64,000 nucleotides of DNA from Escherichia phage ECML-359, in the sequence record OL631482.1, one strand, 5' to 3'. Below the pieces are notes generated by a model. It did no database searches. It was not told the DNA's origin and saw only the letters and a program-made list of their open reading frames with translations. Positions 38,283-48,394 of the stretch are shown here, in pieces (position 1 is the first letter of the stretch; each line of letters opens with the position of its first letter). Both the position numbers and the translations under genes were made by a program.

Positions 38283-40096
38283 TGGTGTTTAACCCTATGC
38301 ATGATTTCTTTATTTTTGCCGAGATTAAATCCGCGTTCGTTCGGATTTCCCAAATAACCGCAAGTTCTTCTTATTGTGTTCATCTTTTTAGGGTCAGTTT
38401 CTCCACAAATAGAACAAACAAATCCGTTTTCAGTAGGAGTCATTTCATGGGTACTTCCACACGTAAAACATTTATCTACTGGCATGTTAACACCAAAATA
38501 ATCTAAATGTTGCGCGGCATAATCCCATACAGCCTCAAGACCTTTTAGGTTATTTTTCATATCAGGAAGTTCAACATAAGAAATGTGACCACCTGTCGCA
38601 ATGAAATGATATGGTGCTTCACGAGAAATCTTTTCAAACGGAGTGATATTTTCTTCTACTGAAACATGGAAACTGTTAGTGTACCATCCTTTATCGGTAA
38701 CATCTTTTACACTTCCATATTTTTCAGTATCAAGTTTACAGAAGCGATAACAAAGGTTTTCAGCAGGAGTAGAATACAAGCTAAAAGCAAAACCGGTTCT
38801 TTCAGTCCACTGCTTAAGACGAGCATTCATTTTAGTCAAAATTTCTTGTCCAATATCACGACCGACAAGAATATTCAATTCGTGAATACCAATGTATCCC
38901 AAAGACACTGAACTTCTACCGTTTTTAAATAACTCAATTATATCATCATCGGGTTTAAGACGAACCCCGAATGCACCTTCTTGGTAAAGAATAGGAGCAA
39001 CAGTCGCTTTAACTCCTTTTAAGGAATTAATTCTACACATCAAAGCTTCAAAACACAAATCCATTCGCTCATTGAACAATTCGATAAATTTCTGTTCATT
39101 GAACTGTGTTCCAATATAAGAATCTAACGCAATGCGAGGAAGATTCAGTGTTACAACGCCAAGATTATTACGTCCATCAAGAATTTCATTGCCAGTCGAA
39201 TCTTTCCATAAGCTCAAGAAACTACGGCAACCCATTGGAGAAACAGGAATAGATGAACCGGTGATAGCTTTGTTATTCTTAACTGAAATAATATCAGGAT
39301 ACATCCTTTTGCTTGCACACTCTAGAGCAAGCTGCTTAATATCATAGTTCGGGTCGTCTTTATAAAGATTAACACCTTCTTCAACGAACATAACAAGTTT
39401 AGGGAAAATAGGAGTTATCCCATCGCGACCAAGGCCTTTAATACGATTTTTCAGAATTGCTTTCTGAATCATTCGTTCAGTCCAGTCAGTTCCCGTGCCA
39501 AACGTAATTGTCACAAAAGGCGTTTGCCCATTTGAACTAAAGAGCGTATTTACTTCATATTCATAAGCTTGGAATGCATCGTATACGTCTTTTTCTGTTT
39601 TAGATTGGGCATAATTCAATGCATCAGTGATTTGCCATTTTTCTGCATCTTCAATATGTTTTGCGTATGTACGTTTAACATAAGGAGAAAATACTTTGTC
39701 TACATTAGCAAAAGTCGTTCCGCCATATTGGTGAGAAGCAACCTGTGCAGTAATTTGTGCCATAATTGCAGTAGCAACACCGATTGATTTAGGAGTTTCA
39801 ATCTGTGCATTACCAAGCTTAAATCCGTTCTCAAGCATTCCTTTTAAATCTACTAAACAGCAATTAGTAAATGGAAGAGCAGGGGAATAATCAATATCAT
39901 GGAAATGAATAATTCCACTTTCATGTGCTTTCATAATAAAAGACGCGACCATATTTTTGGCAATGTGTTTAGATACAATACCAGCCATAAGGTCCCGTTG
40001 AGTTGGAAAAACACGAGAATCTTTATTAGCATTCTCGTTTAAAAGGTCTTTATTAGTTTTATGAATCAATCCTTCAATTTCGTTTTCAATTGTCAT
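38279..40096 (-). CDS. nrdD: anaerobic ribonucleotide reductase NrdD (605 aa, no intron)
   Basis: C-terminal zinc ribbon and glycyl-radical motif region (CGYLG); same length as T4 NrdD. Confidence 0.9.
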   Translation of the reverse strand: MTIENEIEGLIHKTNKDLLNENANKDSRVFPTQRDLMAGIVSKHIAKNMVASFIMKAHESGIIHFHDIDYSPALPFTNCCLVDLKGMLENGFKLGNAQIETPKSIGVATAIMAQITAQVASHQYGGTTFANVDKVFSPYVKRTYAKHIEDAEKWQITDALNYAQSKTEKDVYDAFQAYEYEVNTLFSSNGQTPFVTITFGTGTDWTERMIQKAILKNRIKGLGRDGITPIFPKLVMFVEEGVNLYKDDPNYDIKQLALECASKRMYPDIISVKNNKAITGSSIPVSPMGCRSFLSLWKDSTGNEILDGRNNLGVVTLNLPRIALDSYIGTQFNEQKFIELFNERMDLCFEALMCRINSLKGVKATVAPILYQEGAFGVRLKPDDDIIELFKNGRSSVSLGYIGIHELNILVGRDIGQEILTKMNARLKQWTERTGFAFSLYSTPAENLCYRFCKLDTEKYGSVKDVTDKGWYTNSFHVSVEENITPFEKISREAPYHFIATGGHISYVELPDMKNNLKGLEAVWDYAAQHLDYFGVNMPVDKCFTCGSTHEMTPTENGFVCSICGETDPKKMNTIRRTCGYLGNPNERGFNLGKNKEIMHRVKHQ

Positions 40097-40566
40097 TTTA
40101 AACTCTTTCTAAGCTGCTTCTTAAATGAAGCCATTAATTGTGTTTTGGTGTCAGATTCATTATAAGTCATACCATTCAAAAGCATTTCCCGAATCATTTC
40201 TTCTTTCCCCAGACGACCGAACTCTTTGGCTTTGTCTGTTACAAAATTGGGGTGAATATTGTTTTCGGTATAATCAGATTTCAGATAGACAAGCAAACTC
40301 TCTAACCATTCCAGGTAGTCAACATCGCGACTTTTTAGACCTGAACGGCTGAACTTATGCTTCATTTGTCCTTCTGTTCCATTGCACAGATTGCATAGTA
40401 ACCCGCGAACCTTACCAGCTTTTGGCCCGTTCAATTCGTGGTCATGGTCAAGATGGTTGGCCTGAACATCGGTGTCCAAATCACGGTGGCAAATTGGACA
40501 CTTACCAGCTTGTGCATCATAAAGTTTTTGTTTTTCTTCTTTGTATAATTTGCCAGTCAACAACAT
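40093..40566 (-). CDS. 49: endonuclease VII gp49 (157 aa)
   Basis: Zinc-binding CPICHRD...CNLCN pattern; T4 gp49 size. Confidence 0.85.
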   Translation of the reverse strand: MLLTGKLYKEEKQKLYDAQAGKCPICHRDLDTDVQANHLDHDHELNGPKAGKVRGLLCNLCNGTEGQMKHKFSRSGLKSRDVDYLEWLESLLVYLKSDYTENNIHPNFVTDKAKEFGRLGKEEMIREMLLNGMTYNESDTKTQLMASFKKQLRKSLK

Positions 40567-40777
40567 AATAAACCCTTACCATTATTAGATAAGGGTATTT
40601 ATTAAATCTTATAAAACGCGCGGTGTAACCGTTTAAATTGACGAATCATCTTTTTAGTAGGACGAGTATACAATCCCACACAGGTGGCCATAAACTGGTC
40701 AGTAGGGCTTCCTTTGATAAGAAGTTTCCAGACCTTGTCACCGTTTAACTTTTCGGTATAGACTAATGCAGTTTTCA

Positions 40778-41050
40778 TTAAACAATCCTAAAACAAGGAT
40801 AATGGCATTCAACGTTACCATTATCAATTATCATATACTCAGTGATACAGGTCCATGACCCTTCAATTTCTATGGTATCAAAAAGGTATTCATCTGTTTC
40901 AACAACGTCCCAAACATTACATTCAACGTCAGGGTCAAAACGTTGTCTTAACGCATGGATAACATCACCATTTTTAAATCCTGCGTCTTGAAGCTCTTTC
41001 ATAAAACCTGATTGAGCAGCCGCATGAATATTAACAATTTCTAAAAACAT
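40778..41050 (-). CDS. hypothetical protein (90 aa)
   Basis: Minus ORF (49.x). Confidence 0.4.
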   Translation of the reverse strand: MFLEIVNIHAAAQSGFMKELQDAGFKNGDVIHALRQRFDPDVECNVWDVVETDEYLFDTIEIEGSWTCITEYMIIDNGNVECHYPCFRIV

Positions 41051-41340
41051 TAAAAGGCCTCATCAGCAAAGCGAAGTTGAGCTTCAAGCCAATGGATATA
41101 ATCCGCCGCGGCAAAAATTAAAGCAGATTCTTCATCAGGTAACTTACGGGAATCCGACAGTTCATAAAGTGATTTTTCAATCAGGCGGCCTTTATGACGG
41201 CCAATTTCAATTTTGGTACTCATATCCAAACTCCATATCGATTAAATCATTGTTTGAAGGTTCATTATAATCTATTTCGGAATCGTTGTAAACAGGTTCC
41301 TCTGGCTCGACAGTTTCCCATCGAGCGGTGTACCATGGTT

Positions 41341-41661
41341 TTATAGCGTAATCCATTCTCTGATAGTTTGGGTTACGACACGTTCTTGGAGCTTAACCAG
41401 TTCAACAGTCGGGACCATATGGTCCCAGTCGGTATGATAAGAACCGGTACGAGTTTCGTTTACAGCCACATGCACATTATGTTTTTTGCTGAAATAAATT
41501 GCCTGGCGATATTGGTATTTGCCGGTTTGTGTCCATTCGCCTAATTCAACCGGAACCAGGTAGTCCGAAAATTCAAACTCGTATGATTCAGTAAACGCAT
41601 CATGGTCTTCAATGATTTCGCTTAAAACAGCATCAACATCTAATTCATTTTCAATAGTCAT
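41341..41661 (-). CDS. hypothetical protein (106 aa)
   Basis: Minus ORF. Confidence 0.4.
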   Translation of the reverse strand: MTIENELDVDAVLSEIIEDHDAFTESYEFEFSDYLVPVELGEWTQTGKYQYRQAIYFSKKHNVHVAVNETRTGSYHTDWDHMVPTVELVKLQERVVTQTIREWITL

Positions 41662-41966
41662 TGGTCACTCCAATAGCTTGATACTTCAAAATCAGGCTCG
41701 CCGTCGTCCCAGTACCAGGGACCCACCGGATGCCAATCGCCATGCTTATCTTCTTCATATTCTATAGATTCAAGCCCAACGTATTGCCATTGGACTTCAT
41801 AAGCAGTGCCACCAATTACAACAGTGTTCTCGCCATACGGGTTAGCCACAGCAAAGTCAATACCTTCTTCCTTTGCCAGGGCGACCATGTATTCGTATAG
41901 TTTATATTCCAGGTCGTCTTCGTTGCCATCGCCCAGATAAATTGTTTGTCCTTCTAATTCAATCAT
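41658..41966 (-). CDS. hypothetical protein (102 aa)
   Basis: Minus ORF. Confidence 0.4.
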   Translation of the reverse strand: MIELEGQTIYLGDGNEDDLEYKLYEYMVALAKEEGIDFAVANPYGENTVVIGGTAYEVQWQYVGLESIEYEEDKHGDWHPVGPWYWDDGEPDFEVSSYWSDQ

Positions 41967-42151
41967 AATTCCACCATAAATTCAAATAACTGGTCGCGTA
42001 CACAAGTATCAGTCCAACCCCATTCGTTGGCTTCTTCTTTTAACCAATCCGGGAGATTTGCCAATACGGTTTCTTTACTAGGCGCAGGAGTATCAAACTC
42101 TCTTGCAAACTCTCTTGCGCAGGTTTTATAGGCCATATCAAATTCGGTCAT
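41963..42151 (-). CDS. hypothetical protein (62 aa)
   Basis: Minus ORF. Confidence 0.35.
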   Translation of the reverse strand: MTEFDMAYKTCAREFAREFDTPAPSKETVLANLPDWLKEEANEWGWTDTCVRDQLFEFMVEL

Positions 42152-42311
42152 TTAAAGTTCCAGAATGAAGCACCAACCAGAAATAAAGGCCAACAAATCA
42201 TAGACGTCAGCCACCAACAAAAGTCACCTGCACCGAAATCATCTAATTTAGCTAGGGTCTTAGCATAACCAATACCGATGATAAGATACAAAATACCCAA
42301 CAATAATTCAA

Positions 42312-42575
42312 TCATTTAAAATATTCTCGCAGTTCAGTGAATCCGCCAATATGACTTCCGTCAGGAGCAAATACTTGCGGCATGGTCAAACCAATTTGAG
42401 ATTCGCGACCAAGTGCAGCCAGGAGTTGGGCAATCTTCTCATCATCAAACACACCTTTTTCTGGCATAACGTTGATGAACTCGTAAGGTTGTTTTTTAAC
42501 ATCCAAAAAACGTTTTGCATTATCGCAGAATACACAGCGATGAATAGATGAATCATAACCATATACTTTAAACAT
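42312..42575 (-). CDS. nrdC: glutaredoxin NrdC (87 aa)
   Basis: CVFC active site; same length as T4 NrdC. Confidence 0.75.
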   Translation of the reverse strand: MFKVYGYDSSIHRCVFCDNAKRFLDVKKQPYEFINVMPEKGVFDDEKIAQLLAALGRESQIGLTMPQVFAPDGSHIGGFTELREYFK

Positions 42576-42576
42576 A

Positions 42577-42834
42577 TTATTCCTTAATTCCTAATACTTG
42601 TTTGAAGGTCTCAGTATAATCGGGGTATTGACCGGTTTGTTCTTTATGTTTGACCATAATACCATAAACTTCTGAACGCATATTATTATATGAACGAGTT
42701 AAAGCAGATTTCAATACTGAATAACTATCCGGAAGTTTACCGTGTTCTTTATAATAGGCCAGAGTTAATTCACGGACCGCCTTATCAGCAGCCTCAAGAT
42801 ATTCTTTACGCTTTGCCATTTTCGTCTCGCTCAA
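42577..42834 (-). CDS. hypothetical protein (85 aa)
   Basis: Minus ORF. Confidence 0.4.
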   Translation of the reverse strand: MSETKMAKRKEYLEAADKAVRELTLAYYKEHGKLPDSYSVLKSALTRSYNNMRSEVYGIMVKHKEQTGQYPDYTETFKQVLGIKE

Positions 42835-43150
42835 ATTTGTGTTTACAATGTCTGCATTTGTAACGAAGAGTACTAGTCTGCCAATGGACTAACTGGACCT
42901 GTTCAGTTCCGCATTCTGGACAGTTTGGAACACGTTTAGAAGCACGTTCACGCCGACGAACCATAGCCATTACCATATCCCAATCAGGAACCTGACTATA
43001 ATCACCACAGCCATGAATCTTTCCTAACTGCACAAGGTCAGCACCCTCAGCGTTTTCAATAAATTTTAAAAGACCTTTATTAACCCCCGCTGCGGGGGTC
43101 CATTCTGGAAATGCAGTTTCTGCAATATCTTCAGCTAAACGTTGTTTCAT
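42806..43150 (-). CDS. hypothetical protein with C-terminal zinc ribbon (CPECG...CRHCKHKF)
   Basis: Minus ORF; four-Cys pattern. Confidence 0.4.
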   Translation of the reverse strand: MKQRLAEDIAETAFPEWTPAAGVNKGLLKFIENAEGADLVQLGKIHGCGDYSQVPDWDMVMAMVRRRERASKRVPNCPECGTEQVQLVHWQTSTLRYKCRHCKHKFERDENGKA

Positions 43151-44136
43151 TTAAGCAGCTCCAGAGCTTGTTCCAGTTTATCCAGACGATTAGTTGATTC
43201 TTCCCAAAGTCGCTTGGCTTTGGTATAGTCTTCAGTTGCCTTTTTATTAACAGCAAGAGCTTTATTATACGCCATTTCCAGAGCAACAATTTCAGGCGCT
43301 TTTTGTTCCACTGGCTCATTATTCAGATTATCAATCAGGTCTTCAAGGGTGGTTTCTTGCGGAGCATTCATAATTTCCTCACTTTTCTTTTTATAAATTT
43401 CTGCAACAGTTGGTTGTTTTGCACATTTAACTTCACGCAATGTCGCCACAATTTTCCAACCTTTCCAACCATGAGTACTGGTGATAGGGTCTACTTTAAT
43501 TTTTTCAACAGTGCGCATATAGTTAAGGGCACACTGCAGCTGTGAAGTAAGCGTGCTCGCGGCATCAAGATACTTTTTGACATTTTCTGGAGTAGCTACC
43601 GGCGTAAAGAATTCATACTTAACTGTAATAATTACCTGGTTTTCACCAGACTCTTTAACCTTTATCATGTGCTCAGCCAAATGGGAGATAGTGCGATAAT
43701 CGCTACCCATCAATTTTGTCGCTGATTTGATGATAGACATTTTGTTATCTCTGAATTCACGAGCCCAGCAATTTGCGAATTCAGAAACAGTATAGCCTTG
43801 TTTATCAAGGTAGTATTTTTCAACATCACCAAACCAATGATATCCAATTGTACCTTTACCATGTCTGGATTCAACGCCAAACTTATTAAGAAGGTCTTTA
43901 TTAACTAGGTATGCCAGGACTCGGGAACCTTTAAAAGTTTTCTTGATATCATCTTTACCCGCACGACTCGCAATAGTCGCGATGTCTTTCTTGAAGCGAC
44001 CAGATGCAACAATCGTCGAGTCAATCTGATTTAACCAGTAATTGATAATTAAAAGGATAGCCGATTCACCTATTAATGGTTTTACTTTTGTATCAATAGT
44101 GGTGTTAAAGGCCTGGATATATTCGTTGCGCGTCAT
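43147..44136 (-). CDS. hypothetical protein (329 aa) with C-terminal coiled coil
   Basis: Heptad-like C-terminus ...[13 protein letters not shown]. Confidence 0.45.
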   Translation of the reverse strand: MTRNEYIQAFNTTIDTKVKPLIGESAILLIINYWLNQIDSTIVASGRFKKDIATIASRAGKDDIKKTFKGSRVLAYLVNKDLLNKFGVESRHGKGTIGYHWFGDVEKYYLDKQGYTVSEFANCWAREFRDNKMSIIKSATKLMGSDYRTISHLAEHMIKVKESGENQVIITVKYEFFTPVATPENVKKYLDAASTLTSQLQCALNYMRTVEKIKVDPITSTHGWKGWKIVATLREVKCAKQPTVAEIYKKKSEEIMNAPQETTLEDLIDNLNNEPVEQKAPEIVALEMAYNKALAVNKKATEDYTKAKRLWEESTNRLDKLEQALELLK

Positions 44137-44194
44137 AGTGTTCTCCTCATAAAGTAGGAATTCATTATACTCCCTCCATCCTTGGAAGTAAACA

Positions 44195-45076
44195 TTATTT
44201 TAATGCTAAAATCGCCGCCTGCAATTTATTGCGTTGTGTTTCCATATTCTTGATGCGATTCATAACATCCTGAATACTCTTTTTCTCATCTTCAATCAGA
44301 CCGTTTAAGCGGTTGACTGATTCCTGGATAGCATCAGCATGATAGCTCTCAATAGGCTTCATTGGTGGGTTAAAGATTTCAAGAGAGCTGTTTGGCTGGA
44401 TTTTCCATTGATACATATTTTTAACTTCCAGTGGTGAAATTTTAGCCTGGTCGTAAGATTTAAACTGACCTGTAACTGCTGGGTTATATGTCGCAGTAGG
44501 GATATGTTCTGCCATTTCTGGTTCCTTTTTCTCTTGATAAGGTGCATAAGACAAAAGATATTCTTTAGTTAATTTAATATCAATGACTATAGTTTTAAGG
44601 AATTTTTCCGTTTGGTGGATATAATTTGTATCTTCTTCAAACGTGTATGCTTCAACAGCATGGCGCATATAAAACAGCGCGATACCCATAACCTCTTTAA
44701 AGGTATCACAAAGAGCAACGTCGCCCTTGGTGGTTGGTTTGAACTTAATCTGTATACCATCATTCTTGATATTGATAATCAAGTTACTGGAGTTAAAATT
44801 ATAGTTCTTGATGTTAACCGGAGCCTTGCGAATACGAAGCCCGCCAGCCAGGATTTCCTTAATGCTCTTACGAACTGTGGCACCAAACAAAAACGCAGGG
44901 CGGCGACAGTAATCATTCAGAGAGTTAATTCTTACAATACGTTGTCCATACCCCTGGGTGGCAGAACCTGATTTGATTTTACCAAAGTTAACCAGAGAAT
45001 TCATCGCGATAAGACGGGTTGCACGACCTTCACGCTGTTCAAATCGAGAATATTCTTTACGTGTTTTAATGTTCAT
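44195..45076 (-). CDS. hypothetical protein with C-terminal coiled coil (ORF 44195-45127 trimmed)
   Basis: Ends ...NKLQAAILALK; start moved to MNIKTRKEY. Confidence 0.45.
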   Translation of the reverse strand: MNIKTRKEYSRFEQREGRATRLIAMNSLVNFGKIKSGSATQGYGQRIVRINSLNDYCRRPAFLFGATVRKSIKEILAGGLRIRKAPVNIKNYNFNSSNLIINIKNDGIQIKFKPTTKGDVALCDTFKEVMGIALFYMRHAVEAYTFEEDTNYIHQTEKFLKTIVIDIKLTKEYLLSYAPYQEKKEPEMAEHIPTATYNPAVTGQFKSYDQAKISPLEVKNMYQWKIQPNSSLEIFNPPMKPIESYHADAIQESVNRLNGLIEDEKKSIQDVMNRIKNMETQRNKLQAAILALK

Positions 45077-45077
45077 A

Positions 45078-45314
45078 TCATAATCCAAATAATTTTTTAT
45101 AGAGTTTAGCAAAAGGCCAGGCCACACACATTATAACAGCGACTACCCAGAATATAGGCCAGCAAAATGTTGTGAACACCGCATCATACTCGTCCCCACT
45201 TTCGTAGGGACTATCAAACTTGTGGAGCAACAGGGTAGTAATAAAACCTATCACAAGATAACCAAAAATAATGCTGATAATCAAAATAGTCATATTAATC
45301 CTTAAGCAATTCAA
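45078..45314 (-). CDS. small membrane protein (78 aa)
   Basis: Two hydrophobic helices. Confidence 0.4.
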   Translation of the reverse strand: MNCLRINMTILIISIIFGYLVIGFITTLLLHKFDSPYESGDEYDAVFTTFCWPIFWVVAVIMCVAWPFAKLYKKLFGL

Positions 45315-46140
45315 TAACGTTCATCAGTTTCTGACGTTCGGCTTTCGCCGCGTTATTCAGTCCCGACAGACGGAAAATTTCATCATCTTGCTGCTGGATG
45401 GTGATGTTAAGCTCTTCAATCTGTTTAGTGAAAAGCTCAATTTGCTCTGAATATTTTTCATTGCTTCGCACTGGAACAGGTTCCATTTTAGGAGCTTGTT
45501 CTGAAGGGCTGACTTCAAATTGGTCTTTAATTTGGCATAATTTAATACGCTGGACGCCTCCAGTTTTAACATCATAAAAGGTAAGAATACCGTGACATTC
45601 CAGTACAGACAATGCCAAACGAAGATGGAATTTCCAATTATCATATTGACATCCACTAAAAGAAGAAATACTGTATTCACCTTCTTTTTGACCTTTAATA
45701 ACATTAAATAGTTTATAATCTAAAGAATTATTGGTTTTAAAGGTCATTTGTTTATCTTGACCGCTTGCTAAACGAGCGCCTAATGCCAATAAACGGCGCT
45801 GGTTTTTCCAAAGGTCTTTAACCACTTCATCAAACGTCATGGTGTTAATCGCACGACCATAAAGGTCATAACCTTTATTATAATTTTTAAGTAAAATTTT
45901 GGCATTAGCACGAGACAACATACCTGAACGATGAAGAGATTTCATGACTCGGTCTTCTAATGTAAGAAGACCAGTGGTCTTTTCAAAGATTTTAGTGAAT
46001 TCAGCGGAATTAGTACAAACATTGAACTTATTCCACATCATATATAGAACATTTAAAACCACATCTTTGGTGCTTGGTATACGACCAAATTTAACAACTT
46101 TTTTAACTTCAGAACGAATTTCATTAATTGCTTGCGACAT
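45295..46140 (-). CDS. hypothetical protein (281 aa) with C-terminal coiled coil
   Basis: Ends ...AERQKLMNVIELLKD. Confidence 0.45.
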   Translation of the reverse strand: MSQAINEIRSEVKKVVKFGRIPSTKDVVLNVLYMMWNKFNVCTNSAEFTKIFEKTTGLLTLEDRVMKSLHRSGMLSRANAKILLKNYNKGYDLYGRAINTMTFDEVVKDLWKNQRRLLALGARLASGQDKQMTFKTNNSLDYKLFNVIKGQKEGEYSISSFSGCQYDNWKFHLRLALSVLECHGILTFYDVKTGGVQRIKLCQIKDQFEVSPSEQAPKMEPVPVRSNEKYSEQIELFTKQIEELNITIQQQDDEIFRLSGLNNAAKAERQKLMNVIELLKD

Positions 46141-46203
46141 AATAATTTCCTCAATAGATTAATCAAAGGTCAGAACCATTATACCATCCTTGGTATAAAG
46201 CGT

Positions 46204-46728
46204 TTATGCGAGAACCGTCTTTAAACGCTCTTCAAACTTCCGAAGGAGTACCTGGCGCTCTGCTCTTTGTTTGGTATAGGTTTCAATACGCTCTGAAGTG
46301 AGATTGTATTGTTCATTAACTGATTCCCTCATGAATTCAGGAATCTCTTTACATGCTTTGATTTCATTGAACTTATCAAGCACCGCTTGTTGTTCAGCAA
46401 TCAGACCATCATAATATTGGATATCTGATTTGATGTTTTGTACATCAGATTCAGTAGGCATATTTTTCTTCGCTCTTGTCGCCTGATACTCTGCATTAGT
46501 CTCTCTTGACCAGAACAAAGAGCGGTTTTTGTTGGTGTTTTTATACACATCAACAATACCTACTGAATCAACAGTCACAATCCAGTTCCAGGCGTTTTTA
46601 TAAGTTTGACCACCTGATACTGTAATCTCACCCGCACAAGCAACATCATTAAAGAACTTGCTTTGTGCTTCTGATTTAAAATTACCATTATTGTAATTAA
46701 TCAGATTAAAGATTGATTTAGCTTCCAT
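46204..46728 (-). CDS. hypothetical protein (174 aa) with C-terminal coiled coil
   Basis: PeSL promoter and GGAGAATAAA site upstream. Confidence 0.45.
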   Translation of the reverse strand: MEAKSIFNLINYNNGNFKSEAQSKFFNDVACAGEITVSGGQTYKNAWNWIVTVDSVGIVDVYKNTNKNRSLFWSRETNAEYQATRAKKNMPTESDVQNIKSDIQYYDGLIAEQQAVLDKFNEIKACKEIPEFMRESVNEQYNLTSERIETYTKQRAERQVLLRKFEERLKTVLA

Positions 46729-46794
46729 TTTATTCTCCAGTATTTGGTAACTCAGTATGGGAACATTATACGTCTATCCCCATACCATGTACAC
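46729..46794 (-). promoter_or_regulatory. PeSL-like early promoter cassette (variant B leader)
   Basis: GTGTACA ... TATAAT ... GTTCCCATACTGAGTTACCAAATACTGGAGAATAA. Confidence 0.55.
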
Positions 46795-46796
46795 AT

Positions 46797-47099
46797 TTAA
46801 TTAAAAGTTCTTTCAGTCTTTTCACCACTGAACCAGACGCTCTTAACGGCTTGCTGGGCGCGATGAAGCTGCTCTGCCATATAAACACCAAGGGCCTCAG
46901 CTTTACGTGCCCTGTGAGCTTCTGCGGCGACTATTTGCAACTTATCCATCATGATAAGAGCTTTACATTTCTCCTTCAGAGCATATCGCTTCTTCTCTTC
47001 TGGGGTTTTGACCATTCCTCTTAACTTGTGCATTTTCAACTTAAAATGGTCAGCAGATTTCAGACATGCCTCAATCATGCCAAGTTCATACTTTTTCAT
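46797..47099 (-). CDS. hypothetical protein (100 aa)
   Basis: Minus ORF. Confidence 0.4.
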   Translation of the reverse strand: MKKYELGMIEACLKSADHFKLKMHKLRGMVKTPEEKKRYALKEKCKALIMMDKLQIVAAEAHRARKAEALGVYMAEQLHRAQQAVKSVWFSGEKTERTFN

Positions 47100-47105
47100 A
47101 ATTCC

Positions 47106-47312
47106 TCACTTGCGACGACGTTTTGGTAATGGTTTAGGGAAGAACATTGCTTTACCTGCAGGGGTCAAAGTCACGCGCAAAGCATTACCAATACCAAGGG
47201 ATGCTTTAACCAGACCTTTGGCTTTTAACTCACCAAATGCTTGACGTTGTTCAGGGTCACGAGTGTTAACCATCAGACCTTTTTCACCAGCAGCTTTGAT
47301 TAATTCTAACAT
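47106..47312 (-). CDS. small protein with basic C-terminal tail (68 aa)
   Basis: Ends ...FFPKPLPKRRRK. Confidence 0.4.
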   Translation of the reverse strand: MLELIKAAGEKGLMVNTRDPEQRQAFGELKAKGLVKASLGIGNALRVTLTPAGKAMFFPKPLPKRRRK

Positions 47313-47383
47313 TTTATTCTCCGTTTGTTTATTTGGTAACTCAGTATGGAATCATTATGCATCATGACCATCTGGTTGTACAC
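47313..47383 (-). promoter_or_regulatory. PeSL-like early promoter cassette (variant B leader)
   Basis: GTGTACA ... CATAATGATTCCATACTGAGTTACCAAATAAACAAACGGAGAATAA. Confidence 0.55.
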
Positions 47384-47429
47384 ATATACTAAATAAAAAT
47401 ACTTAATAAAACCATAAAGGAGAAAGTTT

Positions 47430-48176
47430 ATGATTTTATCCGGAAGAACTGTTGATGAACTCAATGAAAAAGTCCAGGCTGCCTTGGCTAATAATTGGTA
47501 TTTGTTTGGTTCTACTATGGTGTTGCCGAATACCCCTACAGATAGCAAAGAGCGTTTTTTCCAAACTATGTCCAGCTCGGAAACTCAGATACCGGGCCCG
47601 CCTGGGCCAAAAGGAGACCCGGGTGTACCAGGACCAAAAGGAGACCCAGGCGGGGATGGAAAGTCTTCTTATCAGATATGGCTTGACTTGGGAAATACAG
47701 GAACTGTTGATGATTTTTTAACTGATACAGCAGGAAAGAGGGAAAAATCCGAGGTGTTTTGGAGTGGTATAAACGTTCTATTAACTAATGGTGTGACGTC
47801 AAACATAATTAGTGTTTTAAAGGGGATTCCGCCGACTGCAGGGACTCTATCTCCGTTTTTTAGAACCACTGATGATAAGTTGTGGCCATATAACCAAGAC
47901 AGAAGCCTAATGTTTAAACTCAACCTTATTGGTAATTTTACAGGAGCCTCGCAAGCTCGAAGTATAACATTAAATTTCGTTGGAACCAACGGAAACACTT
48001 ATATACAGAATCGTCCGGAAAATGCTACAGATATTTTGTCTTTTACAACGTTCTTTAGCATTGATAAAGATGGGGCAATGGCTACCAATGGTACAGCTAT
48101 AACTGTTATGCCAAATGGCGGCAACTTTACAATAACATCTGCATTGTTAGTAGCCGAACAAACAGTGACTTCATAA
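47430..48176 (+). CDS. plus-strand collagen-like repeat protein (248 aa)
   Basis: AAGGAG 7 nt before ATG; G-X-Y tract GPPGPKGDPGVPGPKGDPGGDG; locally GC-rich; faced by a convergent terminator. Confidence 0.6.
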   Translation: MILSGRTVDELNEKVQAALANNWYLFGSTMVLPNTPTDSKERFFQTMSSSETQIPGPPGPKGDPGVPGPKGDPGGDGKSSYQIWLDLGNTGTVDDFLTDTAGKREKSEVFWSGINVLLTNGVTSNIISVLKGIPPTAGTLSPFFRTTDDKLWPYNQDRSLMFKLNLIGNFTGASQARSITLNFVGTNGNTYIQNRPENATDILSFTTFFSIDKDGAMATNGTAITVMPNGGNFTITSALLVAEQTVTS

Positions 48177-48177
48177 A

Positions 48178-48199
48178 CAAAAAAGGGCCGTATGGCCCT
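48178..48199 (-). terminator. hairpin AGGGCC-gtat-GGCCCT with T run on minus strand
   Basis: Stops minus-strand transcription entering the plus-strand gene antisense. Confidence 0.6.
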
Positions 48200-48394
48200 T
48201 AGATTGCACTCCAAAAATTATGGAATCTTATAGTATTGATAGCCCAGTTAACAAACATGCGAGTTTGCTTGGGAGTTGGTTTGCATATGTACTTATTGTT
48301 GATTCGTCTGCCAGTTTCCCGACAGACTGCTTCGAGATACCAGCGCCGACCTTTATTAGGTCTTCCATACGATAAGAAGACCTTGATTTCCTGG

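Noticed and set aside
47672-48214. Two minus-strand ORFs (108 and 71 aa) opposite the collagen-like gene
   Set aside because: Low-complexity translations with no ribosome sites; the plus-strand ORF has the G-X-Y repeat, a strong start context and a flanking terminator.
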